A stretch of 63,257 bases of DNA, counting the filler, from Octopus bimaculoides (lineage: Eukaryota): NCBI RefSeq assembly GCF_001194135.2. It is 4 parts of 4 records of this genome, joined end to end, with 100 filler letters (N's around TTAATTAATTAA, not from the genome) between each part and the next. Parts side by side here need not be neighbours in the genome. Positions count along the whole stretch, not along the records: positions 1 to 21,875 come from NC_068982.1; positions 21,976 to 33,883 come from NC_069005.1; 2 more parts are not named here. One strand, given 5' to 3'. Under the pieces are notes generated by a model, which ran no database searches, was not told the origin of the DNA, and saw nothing but the letters and a program-made list of their open reading frames with translations. The position numbers were made by a program, and so were the translations under genes. Shown piece by piece: positions 13,101-23,983 of the stretch. Positions within the stretch are counted from its first letter, which is position 1. Each line of letters begins with the position of its first letter.

Positions 13101-13779
13101 GTATATATTAATATTCTATAATAATACCAATACATTATATACTACAATATATGCTACTAACATATTACAGTGACTACAATATGTAACACTGACATATCTT
13201 TCACAATATGCAAGAATAACAGAATATATATACTACAATATGCAAGAATGTCAGAAAACATAATATATCTACTGCAATATTTAAGACTGATATGGTATTT
13301 ACTATACTATCTGACTAATAGTGACAAAGTATACTTTTCTACTTATTTAACACTAAAATAATATATTAACAATATGTGACAGCGATGCAGTATATCTGCA
13401 GCAGTGACATAACATATCTAACCGTAATTTGTAACACTGACTATATCTACACTGATCTAACTTATTAACAATATGTACACTGGCACAGCATATTTACTAC
13501 AAACCACAACAGTGCTACAAAATCATTATTGCTACTTTGAGTCCTGGTGCATTATGTTATACATCAGTTGAAGGTTGACAGCAGTCATTTGCAATAAATA
13601 TAAAGACTCGTATATTTTATGCTCTGAATACTGAAGTTGCTCATTTTGGCTGAATTAAATCTTTTGATTCTCAGCAACTGTTTCTCATCACAATATATTT
13701 GGCTAAAACTCAGAAATTATTTTCACAAATTCAACCAGAATGTACTCTGAGATATAGATTTCTGCAGTGAAATACAACA

Positions 13780-14092
13780 ATGAAAAAATTTCTTCAGACA
13801 CTCCACTTTGATGGCATTTCATCCTTCGTTTCTAAATTTTCTTGCTGAATTCCCAGACTCAACTGAACAACAAAGACTGACTCTGCTTACCAACTTCATC
13901 CATACTGAAGTGGTAACATTGACTGTATTGCTGCAATACTTTCTTTCAATCACATCATTAAACAGCAGAAAACCATTTTTCACATATTCCAATTTCAGCC
14001 ATGGAAACAGGCACCAGACAAAGATATTGAATCTTATGTCACACTCTATGCAGTATCACCAGACATTTTGAGTAATGTCTATCAAAAGGATA
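13780..14092 (+). mobile_element. Possible decayed gag-like region of a Gypsy LTR element
   Basis: Frameshifted translation MKKFLQTLHFD../FLNFLAEFPDSTEQQRLTLLTNFI../PDKDIESYVTL resembles gag N-termini of marine-invertebrate Gypsy elements by eye only; no LTR seen. Confidence 0.3.
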
Positions 14093-14125
14093 GCATCCGG
14101 TATGAATTTTGAGATCCTTTTACAT

Positions 14126-14180
<55 letters not shown>

Positions 14181-14235
14181 NNNNNNNNNNNNNNNNNNNN
14201 NNNNNNNNNNNNNNNNNNNNNNNNNNNNNNNNNNN

Positions 14236-14285
<50 letters not shown>

Positions 14286-14320
14286 GTAAAGGGATCTCAA
14301 AATTTATAACTTAATGCATT
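14093..14320. repeat. Inverted repeat pair around (GT)n/gap/(TA)n; MITE-like
   Basis: GTATGAATTTTGAGATCCTTTTACATTATAT (14100-14130) versus the reverse complement of ATATTATGTAAAGGGATCTCAAAATTTATAAC (14279-14310). Confidence 0.6.
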
Positions 14321-14625
14321 ATCACATATGTAATTTATTAGCAAACAGGATCATGATGAAATTTTTTTTATGCATTTTATGGAAACTAATGTTTTAAAAT
14401 GTGAAATAGTAAGTGGGAGGCCAGCAATGATAATATATTATCTAATAAGTGGGCAAACATTTTTAATAATAAATGGAGTAAATGTTCAATTGTTGAATAT
14501 CTGGCAACTAAGGTGAGATCGCAGTCATACATGTCTGGCCCTTTTAAGAATACCCCTGATGCGTCAGGCAATATTATATGCTTGAGAAGACTTGCCGAAT
14601 CAAGTAAAACCAACATCATAATTGT

Positions 14626-15252
14626 GGCCAGTTCCCCCTGACTGGCTCTCATGCCAGTGGCACATAAAAAACACCGTCTGAATGTGATGCCAGGTCCACC
14701 TGACTGTCTCATGTGCTGGTGGCATGTAAAAGCACCAACTGAACATGACTCATGCCAGTACCCCCAGACTGGCTCCTGTGCCAGTGGCACGTAAGAAGCA
14801 CCATTCAAACGTGGTCGATACCTGGTCTGCCTGACTGGCTCCCGTGCTGGTAGCACGTAAAATATACCAACTGAACATGGCTGATGCCAGTACCGCCTAA
14901 CTGGCTCTTGTGCCAGTAGCACATAAAATGCACCATCCGAACATGTCCAATGCCAGTACCCCGCGACTGGCCTCCGTGCCGGTAGCACGTAAAAGCATTA
15001 TCCAAACGTGATCAATGCCAGGCCCACCTGACTGGCTCCTGTGCCAGTAGCACATAAAAAGCACCCACTACGCTCTCAGAGTGGTTGGTGTTAGGAAGGG
15101 CATCCAGCTGTAGAAACATTGCCAGATCAGATTGAAGCTTTGCACAGCTGCTGGCTCTCCAAACCTCAGTCAAACCGTCCAACCCATGCCAGCATGGAAA
15201 ACAAACGTCCAACCCATGCTAGAATGGAAAGCGGACATTAAACGATGATGAT
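14626..15252 (+). mobile_element. Family A element with seven tandem ~65-bp palindromic units and a duplicated 3' end
   Basis: Units GCCAGT.C..CCTGACTGGCTC.TGTGCCAGTGGCACGTAAAAGCACC start at ~14627, 14688, 14754, 14820, 14886, 14952 and 15017, followed by the family A tail. Confidence 0.9.
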
Positions 15253-15289
15253 AATATATATATATATATATATATCATCATCGTTTAAC

Positions 15290-15321
<32 letters not shown>

Positions 15322-15933
15322 NNNNNNNNNNNNNNNNNNNNNNNNNNNNNNNNNNNNNNNNNNNNNNNNNNNNNNNNNNNNNNNNNNNNNNNNNNNNNNN
15401 NNNNNNNNNNNNNNNNNNNNNNNNNNNNNNNNNNNNNNNNNNNNNNNNNNNNNNNNNNNNNNNNNNNNNNNNNNNNNNNNNNNNNNNNNNNNNNNNNNNN
15501 NNNNNNNNNNNNNNNNNNNNNNNNNNNNNNNNNNNNNNNNNNNNNNNNNNNNNNNNNNNNNNNNNNNNNNNNNNNNNNNNNNNNNNNNNNNNNNNNNNNN
15601 NNNNNNNNNNNNNNNNNNNNNNNNNNNNNNNNNNNNNNNNNNNNNNNNNNNNNNNNNNNNNNNNNNNNNNNNNNNNNNNNNNNNNNNNNNNNNNNNNNNN
15701 NNNNNNNNNNNNNNNNNNNNNNNNNNNNNNNNNNNNNNNNNNNNNNNNNNNNNNNNNNNNNNNNNNNNNNNNNNNNNNNNNNNNNNNNNNNNNNNNNNNN
15801 NNNNNNNNNNNNNNNNNNNNNNNNNNNNNNNNNNNNNNNNNNNNNNNNNNNNNNNNNNNNNNNNNNNNNNNNNNNNNNNNNNNNNNNNNNNNNNNNNNNN
15901 NNNNNNATATATATATATATATATATATATATA

Positions 15934-18253
15934 GGGAACTAGGCTATTGGAGTTCTGTGATGCAAGCAACCTATTAATCTGCAACACCAACTTCAGGAAG
16001 CCAGCCAACCATCTGATAATCTATCAATCAGGCGACTCTGCTAGTCAGATTGATTTCATCCTCACCAGACAGCAGGATGCATGGTTGGTCTTAAATACAA
16101 AGACCCTCCCTGGTGAAGAATGTACCCCCACTCCCAGCATAAACTAGTCATCAGTGACTTTAGACTTGAGGCCAGAAGGATGCCAAGAAGCAAACCAATC
16201 CAGAAAAGAAGGACTTGGAATCTTAAGAACCCTTCACATGGTCAGGGACATCTTCATTGAGAAATTTGATGAGAAGGAGGAGGAACTACAGACTTGTGAC
16301 ATAGAGGGTAACTGGAAATTTCTGACTGACAGCTTGCTGAGTGCCACAGACCAAATCTGCAGCTGGTGCAAAGTCCCTTCCAGACCTAGGGTAACGTGGT
16401 GGTGGAATAATACTGTAGACAGGGCCATTAGAGCAAAGAAACAGGCCTGGAAAACCTAGAAGAATAGGGCTAGTAGGGAAATGTACCAGACAGCCAGAAG
16501 GGAGGTTAGGAGACAGGTATATAACCAAGGGAGAAGCAGAAAAGAAGAAGTTTGCTAATTTTCAGTGACATGAGGATCAAAGAACTGAAGTATTTCAGAT
16601 TGTAAAACAGAGTGAGAGAGAATTGTGATATCACAGGAGAGAAATGTGTCCGCATGGATGATGGTGCATTTGCATTTAATGATTCTGCAAAGAAAGAGGC
16701 TTGGAGATGCCATTATGAAAGACTGCTGAATGTGGAGAATAAATGGCGGAGGAGAGTCTGCTAAATGTTAACTTAGTTGAGGGATCAGCTACCCAAATCG
16801 ATAGAACCCTGGTAGGTAAAGTAATTAAGGATATGAAGTCAGGGAAAGCCCCTGGCCCATCAGGAATCACTGCTGAGAAGCTTAAAATATCTAGTGGCGT
16901 GGGTCATAGTCTAGTCGCCCATATTGTAAATCAGGTAGCTCACGAAGGAGTCATACCCAATGACTGGTGTAGTAGCACCATAGTCAAAGCTACAAAGGTA
17001 AAGGTGATGCTTTAGATAGAAATGACTACAGGGGTATCAAACTGCTGAATCAGGTGATGAAGATCACTGAGAGGTCACAGCCCAACTAATTAGGGAGAGA
17101 GTTAGCCTAGATGAGATGCAGTTTGGTTTTGTGCCAGGGAGAATCACCACTGATGCTATATTTCTGGTAAGGCAACTGCAGGAGAAATACCTAGCCAGAT
17201 ACTTAGCTTTTGTCGACTTGGAGAAAGCCTTTGACAGGGTCCCTTATCTAGTGAGCAATGCAGGAACTAGGGAAAGACGAGTGGTTAGTAAGAGCTGTAC
17301 AGGCCATGTACAGGGATACTGTCAGTAAGGTGAGGGTCGGCAATGAGGAAAGTGAAGAATTCCGGGTAGGGGTAAGAGTCCACCAAGGATCTGTCTTCAG
17401 TCCCCTCTTATTCATCATAGTCCTCCAGGCAACAACAAACGAATTCAAAACAGGCTAACCCTAGGAGCTCCTCTATGCTGATGACTTTACTCTCACAGCT
17501 GAATCACTCTCAGAACTAGAGAAGATGTGGAACCAAGGACCTTAGAGTCAGTTAGCAAAAACCAATGTCCTAGTAAGTAGGAAGGCGGACAAATCACAAA
17601 CCCCTTCAGGTAGATGGCCCTGCTCGATCTGTAGAAAAGGTGTACGTAGAAACTCCATGAGATGTACCCAGTGTAAGCTATGGACACATAAGAGGTGCAG
17701 CAATATCAAAGGAGGATTAACCGAGATGATAGTTTTTGTGTGTGGCAGATGCACAGGGACAATAAACACCGAGGATGTTCAGAAAACAGATTCCATCATA
17801 TGCCAAGGGAAGAAACTAAAAGTAATTGACAGCTTCTGCTTCCTAGGTGACCAAGTCTGTAATGAGGGGGTGGATGCACGAAGAGCATTGCCACTAGAAT
17901 AAGAATAGCCTGGGCAAAGTTCAGAAGGCTCCTACCTCTGCTGGTAACAAAGTACCTCTCACTCAGAGTGAAAGGTAGACTGTATGATGCATGTGCATGA
18001 ACAGCCATGCTACACAGCAGTGAAACTTGGGCCGTAGCTGTTGAGGACATACGTGGGCTTGAAAGAAATTAAGCTAGTATGATCTACTGGATGCGTAATG
18101 TCAGTGTGCACACACGACAGAGTGTAAGCACACTGACAGAAATCTTAGACATAAGAAGCATCAGATGTGCTGTACAAGAGAGAGGACTGCACTAGTATGG
18201 TCATGTGCTGCATATGGATGGGGAGAGCTGTGTGAAGAAGTGTCACACCGTAA
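15934..18253 (+). mobile_element. Degraded RTE-clade LINE ORF2 (APE C-terminus + reverse transcriptase + PHD-type finger), with many stops and frameshifts
   Basis: GTRLLEFCDASNLLICNTNFRKPANHLIIYQSG..SQIDFIL (APE); GKAPGPSGI; MQFGFVPGRITTDAIF; LAFVDLEKAFDRVP; GVRVHQGSVFSPLLF; LLYADD (17470-17487); DSFCFLG; RIAWAKF; HVLHMDGESCVKKCH. Confidence 0.95.
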
Positions 18254-18479
18254 CAGAATTGTACAGAATTGTATTTGACAAGTTCGAAAGACGAACGAAA
18301 GCGCTAATATATGTATAAAATAAATGAAAGAAGTTATTCCAAAATTCTGATGACTTTTTTTTCAATATATATATATATATATATATATATATTCTATATA
18401 TTATATACACATACACACACATATATAAGTATATTCTATATATTATATATACATACACACAGACACACAAACATATATG

Positions 18480-18513
<34 letters not shown>

Positions 18514-19119
18514 CAAGGGTTGGACAAAATAATGGAAACACCTAGCATCATAGCATCACAATTTTGAAATAACAAAAGTTTGTTTATTTTTATGTGTTCT
18601 GATTTATTATTAGTGTTGCATAATATGTTTTGCTAAAATTGCTGTTTCTTTTCAGATATCATTAGAAAAAGGTAATTAAAATTCATTAAAATCACAGATC
18701 TATTGGACTTTCAAAGAGGTCAAATTGCTGGTGCTGATATGGAAGGCGCTAACATAATAAAAACAGCCAAAATGTTTGGTGTATCAAGAAGTACTGTCTC
18801 AAAAGTAATGACAGCCTTTGAGAAAGAGGGAAAAGCCTCCTCGTTGAAACAAAATTCCCAAAGAAAACCAAAACTTTCAGACAGGGACCGTTGGACTCTT
18901 ACGCAAGTTGTTAGAAAGGATCAAAAAAGTACAGCTCCCAAAGTTACTGCAGAGCTTAATGACCACCTCAAGAATACAGTTTCAACAAAAACTGTTCACT
19001 GGGACCTGCACAAAGCCAGATTTCATGGGAGGGCTGCAATCACAAAACCACTACTTTGAAAAACAAACGTTGCAAAGCGTTTACAGTGGAGTAACAACCT
19101 ATAGAATTGGTCCCTTGAG
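18514..19119 (+). mobile_element. Tc1-family DNA transposon, 5' half (TIR + N-terminal transposase), truncated
   Basis: TA then CAAGGGTTGGACAAAATAATGGAAACACC (TIR-like). ORF 18703-19059 FQRGQIAG..A..FGVSRSTVSKV...GKASS.KQNS.RKPKLSDRD..L...VRKD..STA..VTAELN..VSTKTV..L has two HTH regions; no DDE region and no right TIR. Confidence 0.9.
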
Positions 19120-19440
19120 CATACTTACATATATATGTATATACATATGCATATATGGGTACAGGACATCATAAAATATAAACAAAATGAAATATGAAAT
19201 ACGAAAACATGGAATATGATCTGTTTTTTGCGAACAACAAAACAAACAAATGGAAAATGAAACAATCCATGTTTCTTTCGTTATTCGCAAAAAAGTTTGT
19301 ATTCCATATTTTCGTATTTCATATTTCATGTCGTTTATGTTCTGTGACATCCTGTACCTATATATGCATATATAAGTACATATATATGTAAGTATGTACA
19401 AATATGTATGGATACATGCATATATATATATTATTTATAT
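19120..19440. mobile_element. Non-autonomous MITE-like element with ~96-bp inverted arms
   Basis: 19120-19215 is about 85% identical by eye to the reverse complement of 19301-19396; the extension 19397-19440 matches 767-815 and ends in (TA)n. Confidence 0.8.
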
Positions 19441-19456
19441 TATATATATATATACA

Positions 19457-19738
19457 TTGCCGGTGGACTAGCTCCTGTGCAAGTGACACGTAAAATACAT
19501 CATTTGAGCCTGGCCATTGCCAGTACCGCCTGACTGGCCCTCATGCCGGTGGAACATAAAAGCACCCACTATACTCTCAGAGTGGTTGACATTGGGAAGG
19601 GCATCCAGCTGTACAAACTCTGCCAGATCAGGTTGGAGCCTGGTACAGCCATCTGGTTCGCCAATCCTCAGTCAAATCGTCCAACCCATGCCAGCATGGA
19701 ATGTGGACGTTAAACAATGAGATGATGATGATGATGAC
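19457..19738 (+). mobile_element. Family A (RTE 3' UTR) truncated copy
   Basis: Same block and (GAT)n tail as 1-266; flanked by (TA)n on both sides. Confidence 0.9.
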
Positions 19739-19770
<32 letters not shown>

Positions 19771-20043
19771 NNNNNNNNNNNNNNNNNNNNNNNNNNNNNN
19801 NNNNNNNNNNNNNNNNNNNNNNNNNNNNNNNNNNNNNNNNNNNNNNNNNNNNNNNNNNNNNNNNNNNNNNNNNNNNNNNNNNNNNNNNNNNNNNNNNNNN
19901 NNNNNNNNNNNNNNNNNNNNNNNNNNNNNNNNNNNNNNNNNNNNNNNNNNNNNNNNNNNNNNNNNNNNNNNNNNNNNNNNNNNNNNNNNNNNNNNNNNNN
20001 NNNNNNNNNNNNNNNNNNNNNNNNNNNNNNNNNNNNNNNNNNN

Positions 20044-20705
20044 AGGTATGTGAGAAGACCCGGCAAGCCAAGTGAGAGCATAATCTGTGGCCTCTGCCAG
20101 AAGTGTAGCCAGCTCACTTATTCGTATCTTTACTTCACTGGACACTAAACTCTGCTTGCAAAGACCTGTTGAGGCAAATGAAATTTGAAAACGAAATCGA
20201 AACAAATTCGACGACAGGCACCCAAGCCAACCTCTCCTTCATTGGACACTAAAAACTGCTTGCGAAGACCTGTTGGGGCAAGTGAAATCGAAATCGTAAT
20301 TGAACCATATTCGATGACTGGCACCTGTGCCAGTGGAGCACTAACAGCACTGTCCGAGCATGATCATGCTAGTGGCATGTAAATAGCACGATTTGAGCGT
20401 TAAATCATTTGAGCAAGGTCCTTGCCAGTGCCGCTGGACTAGCTCCTGCGCAGGTGGCATGTAATAAAAACTTCATTTTGAGCATGGCCGTTGCCAGGAC
20501 CGCGTGACTGGCCCTCATGCCAGTGGCACGTAAAAGCACCCACTACACTCTCGGAGTGGTTGGCATTAGGAAGGGCATCCAGCTGTAGAAACTCTGCCAA
20601 ATCAGATTGGAGCTTGGTGTAGCCATCTGGTTCACCAGTCCTCAGTCAATTCGTCCAACCCATGCTAGCATGGAAAGCAGACATTAAACGATGATGATGA
20701 TGATG
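20044..20705 (+). mobile_element. 3' end of the RTE LINE: end of ORF2 and full 3' UTR with (GAT)n tail
   Basis: Begins ..EKTRQAK* (stop at 20073-20075); ~50-bp internal duplication GGACACTAAA..CTGCTTGC.AAGACCTGTTG.GGCAA.TGAAAT at ~20140 and ~20243; ends in the family A tail. Confidence 0.85.
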
Positions 20706-21204
20706 AAATACATTTATATATATAGATATATATATATACATTTATATATATACAAATATATACATATATATACATGTATATATACATACATATACATATA
20801 TACATATATATATATATACACATACTTATACATATATGCATACATATATATCTACATATACACACACATATATATATACACATACATATATATATACACA
20901 TTCATACACACACACACACATATATATACATATATATANNNNNNNNNNNNNNNNNNNNNNNNNNNNNNNNNNNNNNNNNNNNNNNNNNNNNNNNNNNNNN
21001 NNNNNNNNNNNNNNNNNNNNNNNNNNNNNNNNNNNNNNNNNNNNNNNNNNNNNNNNNNNNNNNNNNNNNNNNNNNNNNNNNNNNNNNNNNNNNNNNNNNN
21101 NNNNNNNNNNNNNNNNNNNNNNNNNNNNNNNNNNNNNNNNNNNNNNNNNNNNNNNNNNNNNNNNNNNNNNNNNNNNNNNNNNNNNATATATATATATATA
21201 TATA

Positions 21205-21410
21205 TACTCTCTTTACTTGTTTCAGTCATTTGACTGTGGCCATGCTGGAGCACAGCCTTTAGTCGAGCGAATCGACCCCAGGACTTATTCTTTTGTAAGC
21301 CTAGTACCTATTCTATAAGTCTCTTTTGCCAAACCGCTAAGTTACGGGGACGCAACCATACCAGCATCGGCTGTCAAGCGATGTTGGGGAGACAGACACA
21401 GACACACAAA
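21205..21410 (-). mobile_element. SINE family B, 3' half
   Basis: CTCTTTACTTGTTTCAGTCATTTGACTGTGGCCATGCTGGAGCAC...; an oppositely oriented tail lies at 21744-21812. Confidence 0.85.
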
Positions 21411-21609
21411 CACATATACATACATATATACATACATATATATATACACATATATACATACATACACATATATACATACATATATATATATACACACATA
21501 TATATATACATATATATATACGTACATATACATATACACACACNNNNNNNNNNATATATATATATACACACATATATATATACATATATATATACGTACA
21601 TATACATAT

Positions 21610-21643
<34 letters not shown>

Positions 21644-21919
21644 GTATATATATATGTATATATATATATATACACACACACACACAAACACATATATATA
21701 TATATATATGTATACATATACACGGATATATATACATATATAACTAAAAGGCGGTGCTCCAGCATGGCCGCAGTCAGATGACTGAAACAAGTAAAAGAGA
21801 GTAAAAGAGAGTAATATATGTATATATATATATACATATATATATATATGTATATATATACATATATATATATATNNNNNNNNNNNNNNNNNNNNNNNNN
21901 NNNNNNNNNNNNNNNNNNN

Positions 21920-21931
21920 TTAATTAATTAA
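21920..21931. other. Synthetic scaffolding spacer TTAATTAATTAA (assembly artefact)
   Basis: Exactly 44 N + TTAATTAATTAA + 44 N = 100 bp, with stops in all six frames; identical structures at 33928-33939 and 61740-61751. Confidence 0.92.
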
Positions 21932-22223
21932 NNNNNNNNNNNNNNNNNNNNNNNNNNNNNNNNNNNNNNNNNNNNGTACATATATGTGTGTATACATGCA
22001 TATATATTCTTTGTATTATTTATATGCATATATATCATCAGTGTATTATTGGTTACATATAAGTGTGTATGTTTGTGTATTTATGTGTGTGTGTTGTGCG
22101 CACGCAATTACAATTTATATAACGTAGACTTAGTTTATTTGTTCTAATATTGGTTGCGTATATGTGTCTGTGTGTGCATGTGTATATCTATGACAGTGTA
22201 TGCATACACTTTGTCAATGCATT

Positions 22224-22279
<56 letters not shown>

Positions 22280-22308
22280 TAGATAGATAGATAGATATGT
22301 ATGTATGT

Positions 22309-22830
22309 ATTCTTTTATTCTTTTACTTGTTTCAGCCATGCTGGAGCACTGCCTTTAGCTGAACAAATCGACTCCAGGACTTATTCTTTGCAAGCCTAAT
22401 AATTATTCTATTAGTCTCTTTTGCTGAACTGCTAAGTTACGGGGACCTAAACACACCAACATCTGTTTTCAAGTGATGGTGGGGGCCACAGACACAGACA
22501 CACAAATACATATATATGTGTATATATAAATATATATATGACAGGCTTCTTTCAGTTTCCATCTACCAAATCCACTCACGAGTCTTTGGTCGGCCCAAGG
22601 CTATAGTAGAAGACACTTGCCCAGTGTGCCACACAGTGGGACTGAACCTGGAATCATGTGGTTGGTAACCAAACTTCTTACCACAGAGAGAGAGAGAGAG
22701 AGAGAGTGATGTGTAGTTAAGAAGTTTGCTCCCCAACAACTTGATCTCAGGTTCAGTTCCATTGCATAGCACCTAGGCTGACCAAATCCTTGTGAGTGGA
22801 TTTGGTAGACAGAACCAGAAGTAATCTGTT
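22309..22830. mobile_element. Two family B SINE copies head-to-head (22309-22690 minus; 22707-22830 plus, head only) around (GA)n
   Basis: Both match the family B head: GGACTGAACC on minus, GGTTCAGTTCC on plus. Confidence 0.75.
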
Positions 22831-22854
22831 GTGTGTGCATGCGCACGTGCGTGT

Positions 22855-22892
<38 letters not shown>

Positions 22893-23134
22893 ATACACAT
22901 ACATTTATATATATATATTTATATATTTTCCATAAATATATTTATATAAAATATATTTATATTTATATAAAAAGAAAATGATGTTTTTTTTCCCTTATGA
23001 GGTTTTTCACGCTAACTACTTGATAAATTCTTATAAAGTTTTTATCCTAATATTGTATATATATATATATATATATATATACATACATATATACACATAT
23101 ATACAGGATGTGGTGGATAATTTGTCGTCTAAAT

Positions 23135-23425
23135 TATGCACAAATCCACTCACAAAGCTTTTTTTCATTGGTCCAGGGCTATAGCAGACACTTGCTCAAG
23201 AGGCAGAACAGTGGGACTGAAATGAAAACCACATTCTATTTTCTTTTTTGGCCTATAATACATTATTTAAAAGGTATGGCCTTGTCGTTAAGAAGTTTTC
23301 TTCCCAAAGATTTGGTTTCAGGCTCAGTTCCACTGTATAGCACTTTGGGCAAGTGCCTTTCACTATCAATCCAGGCCAACCAAAGCTTTGTGAGTATATA
23401 TGGGAGATGGAAACTGAAAAGAAGT
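23135..23425. mobile_element. Two partial family B SINE copies, divergent (23135-23230 minus; 23272-23425 plus)
   Basis: AAATCCACTCACAAAGC..GGCTATAGCAGACACTTGC and GGCTCAGTTCCACTG..TTGGGCAAGTG..GAAACTGAAAAGAAG. Confidence 0.7.
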
Positions 23426-23444
23426 CCATTCTGTATTTGTGTGT

Positions 23445-23706
23445 CATCACCATCATCATTATCATCGTTCAACGTCCGCTTTCCATGCTAGCATGGGTTG
23501 GATGATTTGACTGAGGACTGGTGAACCGGATGGCTGCACCAGGCTCCGATCTGATCTGGCAGAGTTTCTACAGCTGGATGCCCTTCCTAACGCCAACCAC
23601 TCCGAGAGTGTAGTGGGTGCTTTTATGCGCCACTGGCACGAGGGCCAGTCAGGTGGTACTGGCAATGGCCATGCTCAAAATGGTGTTTTTTTATGTGCCA
23701 CCTGCA
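23445..23706 (-). mobile_element. Family A (RTE 3' UTR) copy running into a gap
   Basis: CATCATCATTATCATCGTTCAACGTCCGCTTTCCATGCTAGCATGGGTTGG... Confidence 0.9.
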
Positions 23707-23799
23707 NNNNNNNNNNNNNNNNNNNNNNNNNNNNNNNNNNNNNNNNNNNNNNNNNNNNNNNNNNNNNNNNNNTATATATATATATATAGTGGAGTTGGT

Positions 23800-23983
23800 G
23801 TTGTTTGTTTTTAGTGCTCTGTGAAAACATGTCCAAACTAATGTCAAATATTTCCATGCTTGGAAACAGGTGGCAGCTGATGACAGGAAGGACATTTGGC
23901 CGTAGAAAATCTGCTTCAACAAATTCTGTTCGAGCCATGTCATGCCAGCATGGAAAAGTAGATGTTAAAATGATGATGATGAT
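23800..23983 (+). mobile_element. SINE 3' segment with an RTE-like (GAT)n tail
   Basis: GGAAACAGGTG..G.TGATGACAGGAAGG.CAT.TGGCCGTAGAAAATCT...GCATGGAAAAGTAGATGTTAAAATGATGATGAT; similar to 9170-9270 and 9490-9635. Confidence 0.65.

Noticed and set aside
14386-14988. 200-aa minus-strand ORF
   Set aside because: The first half is the antisense reading of the 65-bp repeat array; the rest has no recognisable motif.
14626-15075. CRISPR-like array (palindromic repeats with variable linkers)
   Set aside because: Eukaryotic context, no cas genes, degenerate units, linkers that are homologous to each other, and the unit is part of the RTE 3' UTR found at many other loci.
20665-21837. Long ORFs rich in YI/HT/CV/IY, and all X-containing ORFs in the track
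   Set aside because: Translations of (TA)n/(CA)n/(TG)n microsatellites and N gaps, which lack stop codons for trivial reasons.
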